Shown here piece after piece: positions 21,981 through 36,100 of a stretch of DNA of 64,000 nucleotides. A model generated the notes under the pieces. The model did not search any database and was not told the DNA's origin. It was given only the letters and a program-made list of their open reading frames with translations. Origin of the DNA: Calcarisporiella thermophila CBS 279.70 (lineage: Eukaryota; Fungi; Calcarisporiellomycota); the NCBI RefSeq assembly GCF_041956535.1, contig NW_027192199.1, forward strand, positions 696,068-760,067, read 5' to 3'. The number at the start of each line of letters is the position of its first letter. The first letter of the stretch is position 1. Position numbers and translations under genes: made by a program.

Positions 21981-22824
21981 TTTTATAAATTATTCCTTAA
22001 ATTTAAAAAAGAAAGAATATATATAGGTAAAAAAAGCAATGTTTGTCCTAAAAAATAATATAGGATGAAATCCAAGATCAGTACATCAATCGGTGCCAAC
22101 GACTAGAATGCGAAATCAGAGTAATGACGATTTACCTTTTGGATGACAGAGTAGGGAAAATACAATACCGCCAAAAGATGGCGCCTGGTAATCAATGGGG
22201 GGGGGGGGGGGGAAGGAATGATGTTTTTACATCCGTAGATCAAGTTGGGCTTCTGATATATATTTTTTCAATTACAAACAAACATCATACGTCATCAATT
22301 CGAAGTGTCTGGTTCATCTTAAAGAGCACCTTTATCAGCTAGAATATACACTGTATTTTATTCAACGCTTCAACCGGGAAAATAAAAACAATAAAAAATA
22401 AATTTGCATTAGAAGACAAGAGATAATGATTTAAAAGAGCGAACATAGACAGGATAAAACAGATGCTATCTCTTTGAGAAGTTATAGTATAGACAAAAAC
22501 AATTGAAAAAATGAGTGGAGAAGAGTCCTGACTAAATAAAGCGGTAAAGAAATTGCCCAAGACTAATATCGATGCAAGTGGGCGCAAGTATTGACACGAG
22601 AGAAATGCTTTTAAAATTACAGGAATAAAAGGAGTGAAGGTGAAAAGGAACGGAAGGAGAAGTGAGTTATGTATCAATGAAAGTGGATGTGTGTATGAGT
22701 GCGAATGCGATTGTGTATGTAGGTGGATGCGGAGTATGCAATGGTGTGTGTGTACGTGCGCGTGGAGAAAAACGAGAAAAAAAAAAGTTGGAATGGGCAA
22801 AGCCAAGAGATGGAGCCGCGTCAA

Positions 22825-24787
22825 TTATTCGACATAAACCACGAGTTTCGTTGCATCCTCCTGCAGCGCAAACTTCAGGTCTTCATCACCCTCCAACGGG
22901 ACAAGCAGCCCATTATCAGGGTGCCGCCACCACATTGCGCTCGTGGCCGCAAGATGCCCAATGCTCTCTTCTAGCTTCTCCTCTAGGCCATTATAGGTCA
23001 CATCTAGAAGCCTGACGACATAGATGTCCTCTTCATGCATGATTTTGACTTTGACGGCTTCTCCCATCTTGCGTTCCCGTCGGCTTGTTCGGTCGTTTGG
23101 TTTAACCTGCGTCATCCTCTTATCTTCGACAGAATCTTCAAATAGTGCTCTAGCTCTCTCCCGGTTCGTCCTCACATCTCTATCATCTTCCCTCTCCCTC
23201 TCAGCTTCTTTTTCTCTCTCCCTCTCCCTCACCCTCTCCCTTTCTCTTTCTCTCCTAGCCTTTTCCCGCTCTCTTTCTTTCCTTTCCCTTGCCCGTTCCC
23301 GTGCCCTTTCATTCCAATCATTTTCCCGCTCTGATCTCTCTCTCCGTTCCATTTCCTTTCCTCGTCGTTCCCCCGATCCTCTTCGACCTTCTTCGCTTCC
23401 GCGTCGCTTCTCTTCACTTCCCCTTCGCTCCTCCTCATACCCACTATCATGGGAGGATCGCATCAGAATTCCCCCGACTTCAATGTCGGTGTCCCGCACC
23501 CCGAAGAGCATCTCCATCACCGGATGCTCGAGGATATTCCGCGGCAATTCACACAGCTCTTTCAAGTATGAGTTCAAATCGGCTAGTCTCTCCATGGCAA
23601 CCTCTTCGGATGCATCATCGTCCGGACCAATAAGGTATGGAAGGGTCCGAGGCTGGTCGTGTTGGCCGGCTTCGCGCGGAAATTGGGCCAGCAGGGCTAG
23701 ATGGAAGCGGTAAAAATCTGCGTAGGAACGGTAGAAAAATTGGTGGCGGTTGCTGGTAAGCACCGTATGCACAAGGTACACGTAGTGGTTCTCTGAAAAC
23801 AAGTAGGATTCGACACCAGCGGTACAAATTTTGCGAGTGCTGTGTCTTGATTCTGCTTCATTTAGTTTGGGCGGAGGGGGCGGGGGAGGCGCGGGCACCG
23901 ACATGGGCGAGTAGGCTGAGGACGCGGTGTTGTAGGGAAGAATAGCGCCCCTCAGGGCCTCAGGTATCTGCGCAAGGGGAATGCTTTTCTCTTCGTATCC
24001 TCTCGCCATCTTTTTCCACTCCTCTACCGCAGGCAATCCTGCCTTGCGTCCGTCGATGGATCGCCCTGTGTTGGGGTCACGGACGTTGACAAAGCTGCAA
24101 GGAATCAAGCCTGGCCCTCCCAGCCGACTGATGGGCTTTGCAACAAACCACTCATAGTTGCAGTGTGCCATCACAACAATATACTCTCCCTTGAAGGCAT
24201 CCAGTTCATCTTCTCGCTCTGCTTGAAAATCGAATAGCTACACGGCAACAACACAAAGAATGAGTCAGCTTCAAAACCATGGAGCAAAGATCATTAATAC
24301 TCACCACCACACCATATAGTGTATTATACATGCCATTCTGGTGGTTGGGGTGAATGGCTTTCTTCTTTTTCCCTATAATTATGACAAGCCAGTCAGAAGT
24401 TAGCACACACAGGTCACAGTTGTTCCATTTCCGAATTCAAAGCAACCAACCGTTTCTACGATTCTGCTCTTCAAGCCCACACCACACTAGGTCGCTCCGA
24501 TTAATGGAGTCGCTCTTCTCAAGCACCTGGAAATGATCCCGTGGAACCATGCCGCCGACTCGTGCGGCCGGATTCCAGACTTCGTACCAGTGCCGTGACT
24601 CGCCCACCACATGAAAGAATTCGCCTGCTTCGAAAGAAATTTCCCCCAGGCGCCGGGCGTTTCGGGAGAAGAGCGCCTTAATGACGCGTTGAGGCTGGGG
24701 AGGGAGTGGGGAGGTGGAGGGAATGACCGGAAAGGGTGCCGAGATAGTCGATTTATCTATTGAACCGTGCCGATCTCTTGATGGCAT
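22825..24787 (-). CDS. Bem1/Scd2-like polarity scaffold (SH3-SH3-PX-PB1)
   Basis: LYGVVLFDFQAEREDEL...EWFVAKPISRLGGPGLIP; PX motif YRSYADFYRFHLALLAQFPREAG; C-terminal PB1 VKVKI...DEDLKFAL; RE-rich linker. Confidence 0.9.
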
Positions 24788-25485
24788 GGCGGAAGATGCA
24801 GTTCAATGAATGAATGTATGAATGAGTGAGCAGGAGAAGGAAAGTGAGTGAACGAAGCAGCAATATGAAACAGGAGAGAAAAATGGGAACGGGGCAAGGG
24901 GAAGAGGGCTTGGTCAGGTTCACCGGCGAGCTTTTGGGAATGATTTGACCAAGAGCGCTTGTTTTGCTGCATTGTAGGCACAAAAAATTAAGCCGATCTG
25001 AACGAGACCCGTGTTCGATTTAATAACCGAATGGGTCCATGGGTGAGAGGTTGGCCACCACACAAGGGCGATGACGTTGCAGTCAGGGAATCCGAATTTG
25101 CTTGATCGTCAGTGCGTTAGGGTTCGGAGTGCACAATTCTGCGGGTGTGGAGAGGGCTGTGATTGGAATAAGGCGACATAATTTCCTTATATTGTGGTGA
25201 CGGTATCATTGTTTAATTAAAACCAAGAAGAAAAGGGCAAGAGTACAGGAGCCAAGGCATATACCTGTGAAGGGAGAAACGAACTAACAAGATGCACAAA
25301 TTAAATAATGGTTTCGAAATCTTTTTTGTTTGGCTAATATCTAATAAATAGGTGAAAAAAATAGAAAATAGCGGCAGGGAAAAGCGCAAAAGCAAATAGA
25401 TATTGAATTTGTCTGGGAAAAGCGTAAAAGCATTTGGTATGTCATTAACAAGAAGAAAAAGCCCGCTGAAACCATGGTCCCAACT

Positions 25486-27484
25486 CTAGTAGTATGGGGG
25501 CGTCTTGCCCATCCTCCGCCTGTATATCATCTCGCGAATCTTGTGGCGCATGCGATAGAGGAAGAAACCAGCACACCCAAAGACCACCAACAGCACCAGA
25601 ACCACAATGAGGGCAATGGCCCAGGTTGGCAGGCCACGTCGGGTCGGCCGCGGTCCGAGGGTGACGCTTGCGTAGTAGGGAGGATTGGGGTTTGTCAGCG
25701 CTTGGTAGGCCAGGACTCCTTGGTATGCCTAAGCGAAAGAAGGATGGAAAATCAATTTAGCTTCAATGAGGCTTGGCAGCGGGAAAAGGAGGAGACGGTT
25801 TCAGGATAGTTACCGCGTTGTAGTCACAGGCGACCTCGCTTTGCCTATCGTTTTCACGGTCATCGTCATACCACCCGTCCTCGCCTGGCCCCCCTACAAG
25901 CGCCCCTAGCAGCAGGTTTTTATTGGGGGCGGAGCTTCGAATGCGGCCGATGTCCCCAGCAAAACTGCCAGCATGGTGGGGGTTCAGTGGGCTGTTTGGG
26001 TGGATTCCAACGACATATGGTGTGTTCATGGGGTTTTTGCCCATCACGTAATCCAGCTGTTATATAATAAAAGGAGACGTCGGGAGGGAGGAGTGAGTTT
26101 CCACGCACAACTCAAAAAGAGGCCTATGCCATGGCTTACCTGAGTCTGAACGAATGGGTAATATGTTTCGTTCTTATCCTTGTTCACTTGACTGGCATAG
26201 GTCAACATCAAAAAGGCGGTGTTCATCGGAGGCTGCAGCGAGTTCGACCCGGAGCTGTCACCACACCACATCAGCCCATCTCGCAAGGAGCACTTCTTGT
26301 CCGAGAACTTCACCTTGGCGTCGAGGTACTTTTCCGCCTCAAGCTTGTATTTGGCGGTAGCCGGGTCCACCCGGGCCCCTAGTACATACACGCCTCCCGT
26401 TTTATCGTCCCAATCCATGGGGTTGTTCTTGCCAGCCAGTTTTGCAGAAAATCGATCGAAATAGTCGGAGGCCTTCTGCTTGTAGGCTGTATCGTTCGTG
26501 GCACGGTAGAGCCAAAGAGCACCCCAGACAAGGTCGTCCTCGAATTGGCTCGACCCATAGGCTTCTTGAGAATCTTTCGTGGGCAGAGAATTGTGGTAAA
26601 GCGCATACGGAGCAGTTTCAGCAAATTCAAAGAGCTCAATGGCGTGGTTTAGCAAGCTTTTGGAGTAATCCGCATCGGTATTCTGGAACACTATTGACGA
26701 GGCCGCGAAAGCGGCGGCGGCAGAAGCAGCGGCATCTGTTCCGGGCTTGTCAGCGGTGATCTTATAAATCGGACGAGGCTGTGGGATGTTGGTGTCATCG
26801 CCAAAGTAGTCGTGGTCACGTTTAAGGTCGCCCACCTGGACGTAGAGCTCGCTCTTAGTGGGGTGGGCCTTCTGCATCCAATCCATACCCCATCTAAGCA
26901 TGTCGAGCACTGCGTTGTACTGGTTAGCGACTCTGTAGCCCTGTTCGAATTCAATCGCTCCCCATGATACAATGGTGAGTGTGTAGGAGAGAGGGAACGT
27001 GAATTTAAGGTCTTTATGGAGCATGGAACAGGAAAACATATTAGTAATGAATGAGGACTGGGAAATCTAATCAGAAATCCTTACAATCACCAGCGTCATA
27101 ATATCCGCCTGTTAAATCGGCACCTTCTCTCTTTCCATCATCGAGTGCGGAATCATGTCGCCTAAAGAGATCGATGATGTCAGAGCATGTTTCAATATGG
27201 ACAATATGACAAATGAACATTTACCATGGAACAGGGAAATTGGGGGGAAGCTTCCCACTCCGCTGAGCCATATAAAAGTAGAGCGAAGAATTCAACAACT
27301 TGGCATACTCAGGATTAGGGATTCTAGCAGACGGGCCCTGGTTTTGTGGAGCATTAGGAGCTTGGGATGGCGATGGTACGGAGGAGGAGCTTGGCTCCTG
27401 AGGGGTATCGGATTCGTCCTGCCCGTACGAGACGGACACGAAGAATGTTAGCAGCAGTGCGAGCAATAACCGCCTCAAGCGCAT
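25486..27484 (-). CDS. Glycoside hydrolase family 9 endoglucanase with signal peptide and C-terminal TM helix
   Basis: FYMAQRSGKLP, DLTGGYYDAGD, PHHAGS, LLGALVGGP and SEVACDYNA motifs; C-terminal WAIALIVVLVLLVVFGCAGFFLYRMR. Confidence 0.92.
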
Positions 27485-29186
27485 GATTGTGCAGGCGGAT
27501 CGAGGGTGCTTGGGGAGGGCTTCAAGGAAAAGGGAAGATAAGTACCGGCTGTCTCGAGGAAATATCTCAAAATACAATCCCGGGCTCGGAGTTGTGTCTA
27601 TTTTAAACCTTAAGTTACCAATAATTGGACCCACGGAAGCCAAGAGAAAGGCTGGGCGAATGGAACGTGCTCGATATATGGAACTTGTACCATATACAGT
27701 TCTTTTACTCATCACCGGAAAAAAAGAGCAGGGCGGCCCTTGGAGAGCCCATTCGCTCCGCCGCATGCTCCTCAAAGCCTCATCTGCAGGTAATGCTTGC
27801 TCCTCGTATCAGGCTCAGTGACAGCTTGGGGGATGGGTGAGGGCCGCCTCCAATCCTATGCTTGGATACAAACCCTCCAGCCTCCTTTGTGTGGCGTACC
27901 CAAATTTCAACCTAAAACACAACCTCTTGGTATTTTAAGATTTTAATTAAAAATTTAAGCCTCTATAAGAATTAGCGCTATCTCTACCCAATTCATCGTG
28001 ATAGAATAGAGGGGCGTAGAATCGAGCAAGGCGTGTTCTTCTTGTTCATTTTCGACCAAATGGACGCCGTGCTTGAACTTTTGCGGCTACCTTTGGATGG
28101 ATCAATAACTCGTGCTTTACTGACCCTCAAAAATCCTTTTTCAGCCGTGCATCGAACGGCGCGATCGCGAGGCAATGTGGAGGGGGGGGGGGCTTTCAGC
28201 CCATATTTTTTTTTGCTGCTTGGGGGCTTGGTCCCCTTCGCAATCTAGGAAGGAGCCCAAGGGTTTAGATTTTTGCCCATTCCTTGGCCGAGCTCGTTGG
28301 CGCTACAAGGACTAAGGTTAGGGTTGAATGAATCGCCGTGTCCAAGATTTTTCTTGGAAAGACCTGGATTCGATGTCGATATTCTCGGGATTGTTGGTGA
28401 GGTTTTTTTCAACTACTGCACCCATGAGGATATCGTTGCTGTGGTCAGAAATAAAGGATTTCCTGGTTAGCAAAAAGATGCCTCAAATTCAGAGAAAGCC
28501 GGTGTTTAAGAAACAAGCAATTCACATCGTGACTTTAATGACAGTTATGCAGAATTTAATGTGCATGATGAAAACTCTCCGCAATACTAACGGGTGGCAA
28601 AGGCTTTTGCCACCCGTTTTCAATACTTGTATTCGTCATCATCCTTGAATAAATCGGGCAGAGCATTCATTAATTCATCTCATCTATTGAGTTGATAAGT
28701 TCCCATTTCCATCCCAGCTCGAGCTCAGGGACAGGTAGCTACGGGGTAAAGAAGAATGCGCTCCCATTTGGATGTAGAGGAGAGATGTCATCGGAGAGCA
28801 ATGTAAATGTTAAATCGATTACACATCGTTCTCCTTGGTGACGTGAAATTAAAACTGTATCAGGTGAAGCCGATGACATCCCTGTTCGCTCTTGTCGTAT
28901 TATGGGATAAATTCCTAGACCCATACCGAGGACGGGGAATGCCACGTCTCTTGAGAACATCCTCATGTTTGCTCCATGCCTCACTTGAATTTATATTATA
29001 AAATTTCAAAGGCGATAACTTTGGTTAGTAGATTGTTGCACCTATCAATAAAAATCTCTAATGACATTACAATCACGATCATATATTTGCAAACAGAGTC
29101 TTGTTGAAATGGAGATGTCTATTAAAGCTAGATATTGAACACTAAAAAAAAAAAGTGCAATGCCAATTAACTTTCCAAGCCTAAAT

Positions 29187-30638
29187 TTAGTCCTCTTCTG
29201 ACATCAGTTCAGCCAGTTCTCGTTCCTCTTCTTCGGTTAGACCGGTCTGGGATACCTCTTGTTCTTTCCTCTTTTCTCTTTGTTTTTGTGCCTCTTCTTC
29301 ATTTTCCAGATATTTCTTCCGCCGCTCTTGCATCTCCCGGGCTAATATGCATCAATTGCAATGCGAAGTCAATACCACTCGTGATTTACTTGAGAATGCG
29401 ACTACACTTACTTGTGATGGACCATTTTCTTACTGTACCATCCAAAGAGCCCGTATAGAGAAAAGTTCCAAAGATTTGCATGCAGGATACCTCATCGAAA
29501 TGGCCCTCTAACACGGTTACTAAGGCACCCGACTGGTAAAAAAGCCATGGGGAAAGATTGGTAACTGGTAAAAGAATAACGATGAATGAAGCGAGAGCTT
29601 ACCCCTATGTCCCACACTCTAACATCACCATCGCTGCACCCCGTAAACACATAGGGCCCGGAAGTGACAACACATCGCGTATAATCTGGATGCTCGAGAG
29701 TCGTATCAGGCTTCTCTGTCTATTCAGATTGGCATCAATTAAAGCATACACGGAAATTGGCATGCTGGCCAGCCTCCCTCAGGAAATACAGCACCTCCAC
29801 TCACCTCTAAATCCCACCGTAGCACCCTTTTATCTGCAGATGCACTCCACAAATCCTCCCCCTCCAGGTGTACCCAGTAAACACTTGTGTCGTGGCCTTG
29901 TAGCACACTGCGCTCTTCTCCCGTTGCTGCATCCCAGCGGCGAATGTGTCTATCACTGGAGGCTGAAAAGAGCTGGCCGTCAGGATCCACGGCCATGCTC
30001 TCGATGCTTCGCGTATGACCCTTCAGTACACGTTCACACCGGTAGGTGGAGAGATTCCAGCAGCGAATGGTCGCGTCAGAAGAGCCACTGAAGAGGCCAA
30101 GTGTAGGGATGACGAGCAGAGATTTTACAAAATCAGCGTGTCCCTGGAGAATAGAGATGCATTCTTGTGTCTATGGGTGGAGAGTGAATACCAGCGCAAT
30201 TATATACAATAATCAATAGCTCGTACCTCTGCATTCCACACTCGGATTGTCTTATCCCACGAACCAGTAAATAGATAGGTTATATTGCCGCTTGTAAAGA
30301 GTGCCACACTTGTCACAGGGCCATTATGGCCTTTGTATATCTTTTGAGTTTTTCCTGTCTAAAATTACCAATTTTGATGATATAAAGCTACCTATTTTTT
30401 TGACAAATAGCCAATTCCATTTTTAAAACATTACCTCCAACTCGATTCTTTTGGCAACTGAACCACTCTCTGCAATGTAGGCTGCTCCAGGAACTACAAA
30501 CATGGAGAGAACTTTGGTCGACATGCGGAATACAGCATCGCCTTTGTCATAATTAATTTTCGCGGCCCTTGCAGCGCGAACTTCTATATCACGGTCAGAA
30601 GCAAAAAAGCTGTCCGCTTTGGAGGAGATGTTGACCAT
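29187..30638 (-). CDS. WD40-repeat protein
   Basis: Repeats GHNGPVTSV...GSWDKTIRVW and GHDTSVY...SADKRVLRWD; acidic end EEERELAELMSEED; multi-exon. Confidence 0.85.
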
Positions 30639-30816
30639 GATGTAGATGCTATAGTTTGAAAAATTTACACAACTTTAGTCTATAGAAGTATATAAGTATA
30701 TAAGAAATATAAGTTCTATAGTTTTTTTTTTCAACCCGAAACTGTCACAAGCCACACAAAGGATTTTCATCCTCCCTCGAGGGACAAAGGGAACAAAGCT
30801 AGAATCTTAGATTATA

Positions 30817-31719
30817 ATGCCTCCATCACGGGGATTTTTGTCCCGTTGTTTATATCTTCTGTTCGCTGTTATCAGCTGTATCTTCTTAGCTCTTGCGGCC
30901 CCGCTTCCTGCCCCGCTTGAAGCTGAGCAAGATGGTGGCCAAGTGTATATTAGCTTGCCCGGCATTCTGCGAAATCCTGCTGTTGCGCTCATCGGCGAAC
31001 ACTGCTACACGACACTCGTAGAGCAACTCCATCTCCTCGATTCTGCCTGTCTGCGTCATTCCTTGTCCAAAGGGCTTGGTATGGGCATTGTCGTTGGAAG
31101 TGCCATCGTCAAGGTGCCTCAGCTTCTTACCATCCTGAGACATGCGTCCGCCAGAGGAGTTTCATTCGCTTCATGCGTGCTTGAAACCCTGGCTTACGGA
31201 ATCACGCTGTTTTACAATGTTCGGATGGGCTATCCTTTCAGCACGTACGGAGAAGTTCTGTTTTTGACGATGCAGAACGCAGCCATAGCGATGATGATCT
31301 TATGGTTTGAGGAGTTGAAGCCCCGCCGGTCCAATGCAAGGATGAAGCTGGCCGCAACCTTTGTGGGGATGTTTGTGGTTGCGCAGATTCTTTCCTGGAT
31401 TTCCTCCGGTGTGCTGACGGTGCTTCAAGCCACGAGCATTCCGATCACGCTGGCATCCAAAGTGCCCCAGATTTGGGCGAACTGGAAGAATGCCGGCACG
31501 GGGCGGCTCTCTGCCCTAACCGTCTTCGCCTTTTTTGCTGGCACCAGTGCGCGTGTGTTTACCACTCTGACGGAGCTGGATGATCCACTGGTGCTCTTTG
31601 GCAACGCAAGCGCTGCAGCGCTCAATGGCGTGCTCGTGTTGCAAGTGATCTACTACAACTGGCGATGGGAGGATGTGAGCCAGCTCTTAACCAAGCGGCT
31701 CGACGAAAAGGCGGATTAG
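30817..31719 (+). CDS. MPDU1: PQ-loop protein, mannose-P-dolichol utilization defect 1-like
   Basis: SKGLGMGIVVGSAIVKVPQL; GYPFSTYGE; second loop SKVPQIWANW...GRLSA...ARVFTT. Confidence 0.9.
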   Translation: MPPSRGFLSRCLYLLFAVISCIFLALAAPLPAPLEAEQDGGQVYISLPGILRNPAVALIGEHCYTTLVEQLHLLDSACLRHSLSKGLGMGIVVGSAIVKVPQLLTILRHASARGVSFASCVLETLAYGITLFYNVRMGYPFSTYGEVLFLTMQNAAIAMMILWFEELKPRRSNARMKLAATFVGMFVVAQILSWISSGVLTVLQATSIPITLASKVPQIWANWKNAGTGRLSALTVFAFFAGTSARVFTTLTELDDPLVLFGNASAAALNGVLVLQVIYYNWRWEDVSQLLTKRLDEKAD

Positions 31720-32137
31720 CATTGGAAATGGGTTCTTTTTTATACCCCTCTAGTACCTATGGATAGGATGATGATGGACGGGATTTCTCTATTTGTATGC
31801 TTTCATGTATATATATCTCTAGAAACTCTATTTATTTTTAATTTAGACGGCAGGATATCAATAGTCAATAAATAAAAACGCCTTTTTTTATTATTGCTAA
31901 AGAGTAAGAGTGCAAATAAAAAGCATAGGATAGAAAATTACGACTAATCAATATTGGGAAAAAAAAGAGAAGAAAAGGATGCAAAAAGAGAGTAAAAAGA
32001 CAATTCAGGTTTTATATTTACAAAAATACTCCATTTATCACAAAAGTTCTGGATCGTAAAAGACAAAGAGTATATGTATATATAAATATATATATCCTCC
32101 TGGTTCGCACCGACTTGGGGGGAGGGGGGGCTACCAA

Positions 32138-33133
32138 CTATCCCAAGACGGACGAGTGTCGACGTTTCCCCGTTAGACTTCCGTTGAGGGGCGAAGACCC
32201 GCACGCCTCCTCTTGCTTCCAGTGCCGCTTAAGCGCATCCGATCTCATAAAGCCCTTCTGACAAGCTCCGCAGACAAACGGACGGTCGCCCGTGTGCAAT
32301 CTCATGTGGCGGTGAAGGTCGTGCTTGCGCGAGAAAGTCCTCTGGCAGGTGGTGCAGTCAAAGGGTTGCCTTGTAAGATGGGAGCGCAGGTGGGCCCGGA
32401 GGTTGTGTGCTCGTTGAAATGTTCGCTCACAGCCGGGATGTGGGCAAGGGTGTAGCGTGGTCGGGGCAGAGAAACGTCGGGCGTATCGGGCAGGGGCGGC
32501 AGAGGCCTTGACATGGCTTGGGATGGCAGAGGGATAGGAGAGGGAGGGTGGGGGAGGAGGCGGGGTGTTAGACGGCGTGGAGAGGTTGGGTGTGACAGGC
32601 GCAGTGGTTGGGATAAGGTGAGAGGAGCTTGGGAGGAGGGAAGCTTCCGGCACGGTGGCAAGCGGGAAGAACTCCCAGCCAGAGGGAACGGGTAACTGTT
32701 GGCATTTGTGCAGCTCCGTGGGGGGCGCGGGGGCGTGAGCAGGGGCTGGGGCAGGAGCGGTGGGAGCGACTTGCGCTTCCTCTAAGGCGGGCATGAAATT
32801 GGCCAGCATGAACATCATCTCCGGGGACGTGCTTGTGGGTAACACAAGATTGTCGAAGCTGGGAGAAGGGGGGAAAAGCAAGGGCTGGGTGGGAGGAGTC
32901 AACAGTTCGAACCCGTCGAACTTCGGCTGCTCCTCGTCCACCTTCTTGTTTCCCATTGTGGCTGCGGCTGCGGCCGCTGCGGCCGCGGCGGTCCTATTAT
33001 CGTGAATCATTCCGATGTCGGTCCATGCCGGGCTCGGGAACTCAAATGTGGATAGATTCTCTTGGTCGACTAGAGAGGGGGGTGCAAATAACGGCGGAGG
33101 CATAGAGTCCTGTTCCATAGCTAGCGGGTGCAT
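32138..33133 (-). CDS. C2H2 zinc-finger transcription factor (Crz1-like finger array)
   Basis: Three fingers: CPHPGCERTFQRAHNLRAHLRSH, CTTCQRTFSRKHDLHRHMRLH, CGACQKGFMRSDALKRHW; Pro/Ser-rich N-terminus. Confidence 0.88.
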   Translation of the reverse strand: MHPLAMEQDSMPPPLFAPPSLVDQENLSTFEFPSPAWTDIGMIHDNRTAAAAAAAAAATMGNKKVDEEQPKFDGFELLTPPTQPLLFPPSPSFDNLVLPTSTSPEMMFMLANFMPALEEAQVAPTAPAPAPAHAPAPPTELHKCQQLPVPSGWEFFPLATVPEASLLPSSSHLIPTTAPVTPNLSTPSNTPPPPPPSLSYPSAIPSHVKASAAPARYARRFSAPTTLHPCPHPGCERTFQRAHNLRAHLRSHLTRQPFDCTTCQRTFSRKHDLHRHMRLHTGDRPFVCGACQKGFMRSDALKRHWKQEEACGSSPLNGSLTGKRRHSSVLG

Positions 33134-36100
33134 AGAGATTTCCAAGCGGTAGATATAATGTAACAAATAGAGTATAGGTTGGAGAGTGGAGGATGGAGGT
33201 GAGGGGGGAGGGGGATGCAAGTTCAGGCTATAAAAGAAGACATAAAATGGCTAAAGAGAAATTCTGCTGTCCCGGGGGCTGGATCGATTCGTGGGGAACT
33301 TTGCTAATAAAAAGCCTCTCGTTTTCTTTCGAAAGGGATCCCCCTTTAAATTTAAGGAAACGAAAATTAAAGTGGGTAGCAAGGGGAAAAAAAAAAGAAA
33401 AACTGAGGAAAAAAAAAGGTTTCGCAGACTTAACAGCAGCTGACTTTTTATATCAAGACTTTCAGGTGAACATGTCAAAATCGAACTTATGATTAATATC
33501 GAAAAACGAGGGAACCGCCGAATTGTCTCGAACTTTTTTTTTCCCATATGGAACCCAATTAAATTTGCACGCAAAACTGCAATCCGTTTTTTTTTTATCG
33601 CGCGGTTATTTTCTTTTTCAAGGTTTGACAGCAATATTAATGCGCTATAGGCTAAAATTACTAATTATGAGGCAGTGCAAATAAATAAGAAAAATACTCT
33701 AACATTACCTCATAAGCACCAATATAATACAACGGAATGTCCTCCCCCACCACTCTATACAATACATCACAAAACAAAGCAATAGTACAATACGGAAAGG
33801 CCGGGTTGAGAGAGGTCGATAAAGGCGGTGAAAATTCTTTATGGGGGGACAGGCATTAGTATTGGTTAACCTCTTTTTGCTGACCATGTTAACCCCCTAT
33901 TTGTTCCTTGTCAAAGCGCTCATTTACTTTCCCACAGATAGTATTCTATTTTTTCCTTTTTTCCAACCCCGTTTCCCCACTATTCAAAGCCAACGTCAGT
34001 AGAAAGAGGAGGGGATGATCGATGGTTCAATATTGCACTAGGTTGAGCTGACTTTCTTGGTGAATTTTTTTTTTTTTCGTTTTTTTAGAAGCAAGTTCAA
34101 TAGAAGTTTCGAAACTGGATGCTGACCTATGATCAGAAACATAGTTATTAATCATTGATTGCCGGAATGGATGAGCATTTTCTGAGCCTTTTACGCAATC
34201 CTTAACTTATTCTACTCTCCCTTTCGGGCAATTATGGCCTCTAATTTTTGTGGATCATAACGGGTCCTCAGCTCAGACCCAGCTTTGCTTATCTATATTG
34301 TAAAAAAATTGAAAATCTCGTGCACTGACTGTCTTTTTTTTCCTCTCGTGTAAAAATCGAAATAAAAGAGGAAAAAAAAAGTGCAACAGTTTGACATCCC
34401 GCAATTGAATAGCCGCCTTCACCGTTCTAATTGTTATTTTGCTCGGTTTCAAACTTGCGATGACCTCTCTTGCGATGGAAGGGGATTCTTCAGAGAGAGG
34501 GAGGGTGAAAGGTTTCATAGGACGTGGGCCTGCATCGGATTGGGAAGAGAAACTGTCAGTGGCAAATGGGTATGAGGCCGCTGACTGATTATGCGCTCAT
34601 TAATAATGCCGTGCCCTAAACTGGGGGAGAGTTGAGCCCCCCGTTTTCCTCATTCTCACTGTTTTATCCGAACTTTGTCTCGCCCCCTTATTAATTGAAA
34701 CCGTTCATCCTCAGCTGATACAATCTCCGAGGCTGCTGAGTGCATTCGATTTTGTTTGTTTCACACTGTCATAGGTAGCGCAAGCAAAACTTTGTAGAGA
34801 GGAGGGGCAGACAGCTGGCGACCAGCCTGGCTCCCTCCGTCTCAGGACACGCGAATGCTTAGAATAGTATGCACTTGCTGACTTTTCGGTGGGGAGAGGA
34901 AGGAGGGTTCCCGATGCACTTATGGCAATGAAACCACCATCTCTAGCTTAAGGGGACCGGTCGACCACCGAATTCGGTGCCGATGGCCAAATCAAACATT
35001 TGGCTTGAAGTCAAGAGAAACAAAACAGCTCCAGGATCCTAATTAAATTAAATTCTCTTTTCTATCCAAACTCCATCCCAAACTCTCCTTTTGCATTCCT
35101 TAAGTCGGGGAATCATAGGGCCCATTGTCCTCTAGAGGACGAACCTTTTTTTGAAATTTTTATGCTTGTTCGTCATTCCTTTGCTTTAATTTTAGTCTGT
35201 GGCACGAGCACGTTAAGTTAGCGAGAGGAGTTCCCTCGGCCCACTTCTCCGAAGTTTTGTTAAGTATGCTCTGTGACGCGGCTTTTCGGATGTACCCAGC
35301 CCTTCCCCAAACACTCGAGGTCGCGCTATCCTCAGATGACCTTGGTGGGGTAAAGGCGAGATGACCCGCTTTATTGAGTAATCGCGCGTCCTATGGTCAG
35401 ATTAGAGTTTGCATTCCGCGTCGCACTTTCTCTACATAAGATGTGCTTTATCAGCATCATTTCGGCACCTCATAGGGGGAGAGGGGAAACGAGGCGAGGA
35501 GGGAGGGGCTAGAAACTCTAATGGTAAGCAGAGCGAGGATTCGTGCCTCCGTAAATTAGTGAGACCTTCGCTCTGTTGAAGAAGACGAGAAGATTCAATA
35601 GGCCTAACCATGCTGGAAAGGATGCAAGTTGCACGTAGACTTTCTTAATTGACACACACAGCAACTCTCGGTACCTTCGGATGTAGCACCAGGCTGTCTA
35701 GCTTTAGTGGATGGAACAAGAGAAATAGTGTGAAAATAAAGGCAGAGGATAAATTAAAACAATATGATAGCCTGGCTTCGAGTGAAGGAGAGACGGGACG
35801 TTCATTTGCTCTTCCAAAAATCCCCTCACCGAAGGTCTTACTTGGAAGGGATTTTTCCGTGTTGAATAATCAATCCTATTTATGAAAATGACCAATGGAT
35901 GGTCATAGTCTGGTCCCCACGCCCTCTTTTCTATCCACGGTCATTCCTTTCTTACGAAAGAATTACTACTATCTTTGGAAGAGGGGAAGGGATGTAGGGG
36001 ATAAGGATTAAGTAATGAATTTGAAGCCCAGTCTATGGAGTGGGTTTGAGCCGCAAGTCTGAATTAGAATCTAGTATTTTTTTTTCATATAGAGCAAGGC

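Noticed and set aside
23024-23713. Long antisense ORFs over Bem1, G3BP, bZIP and tricalbin
   Set aside because: Shadows of low-complexity or GC-rich coding sequence with no independent protein features.
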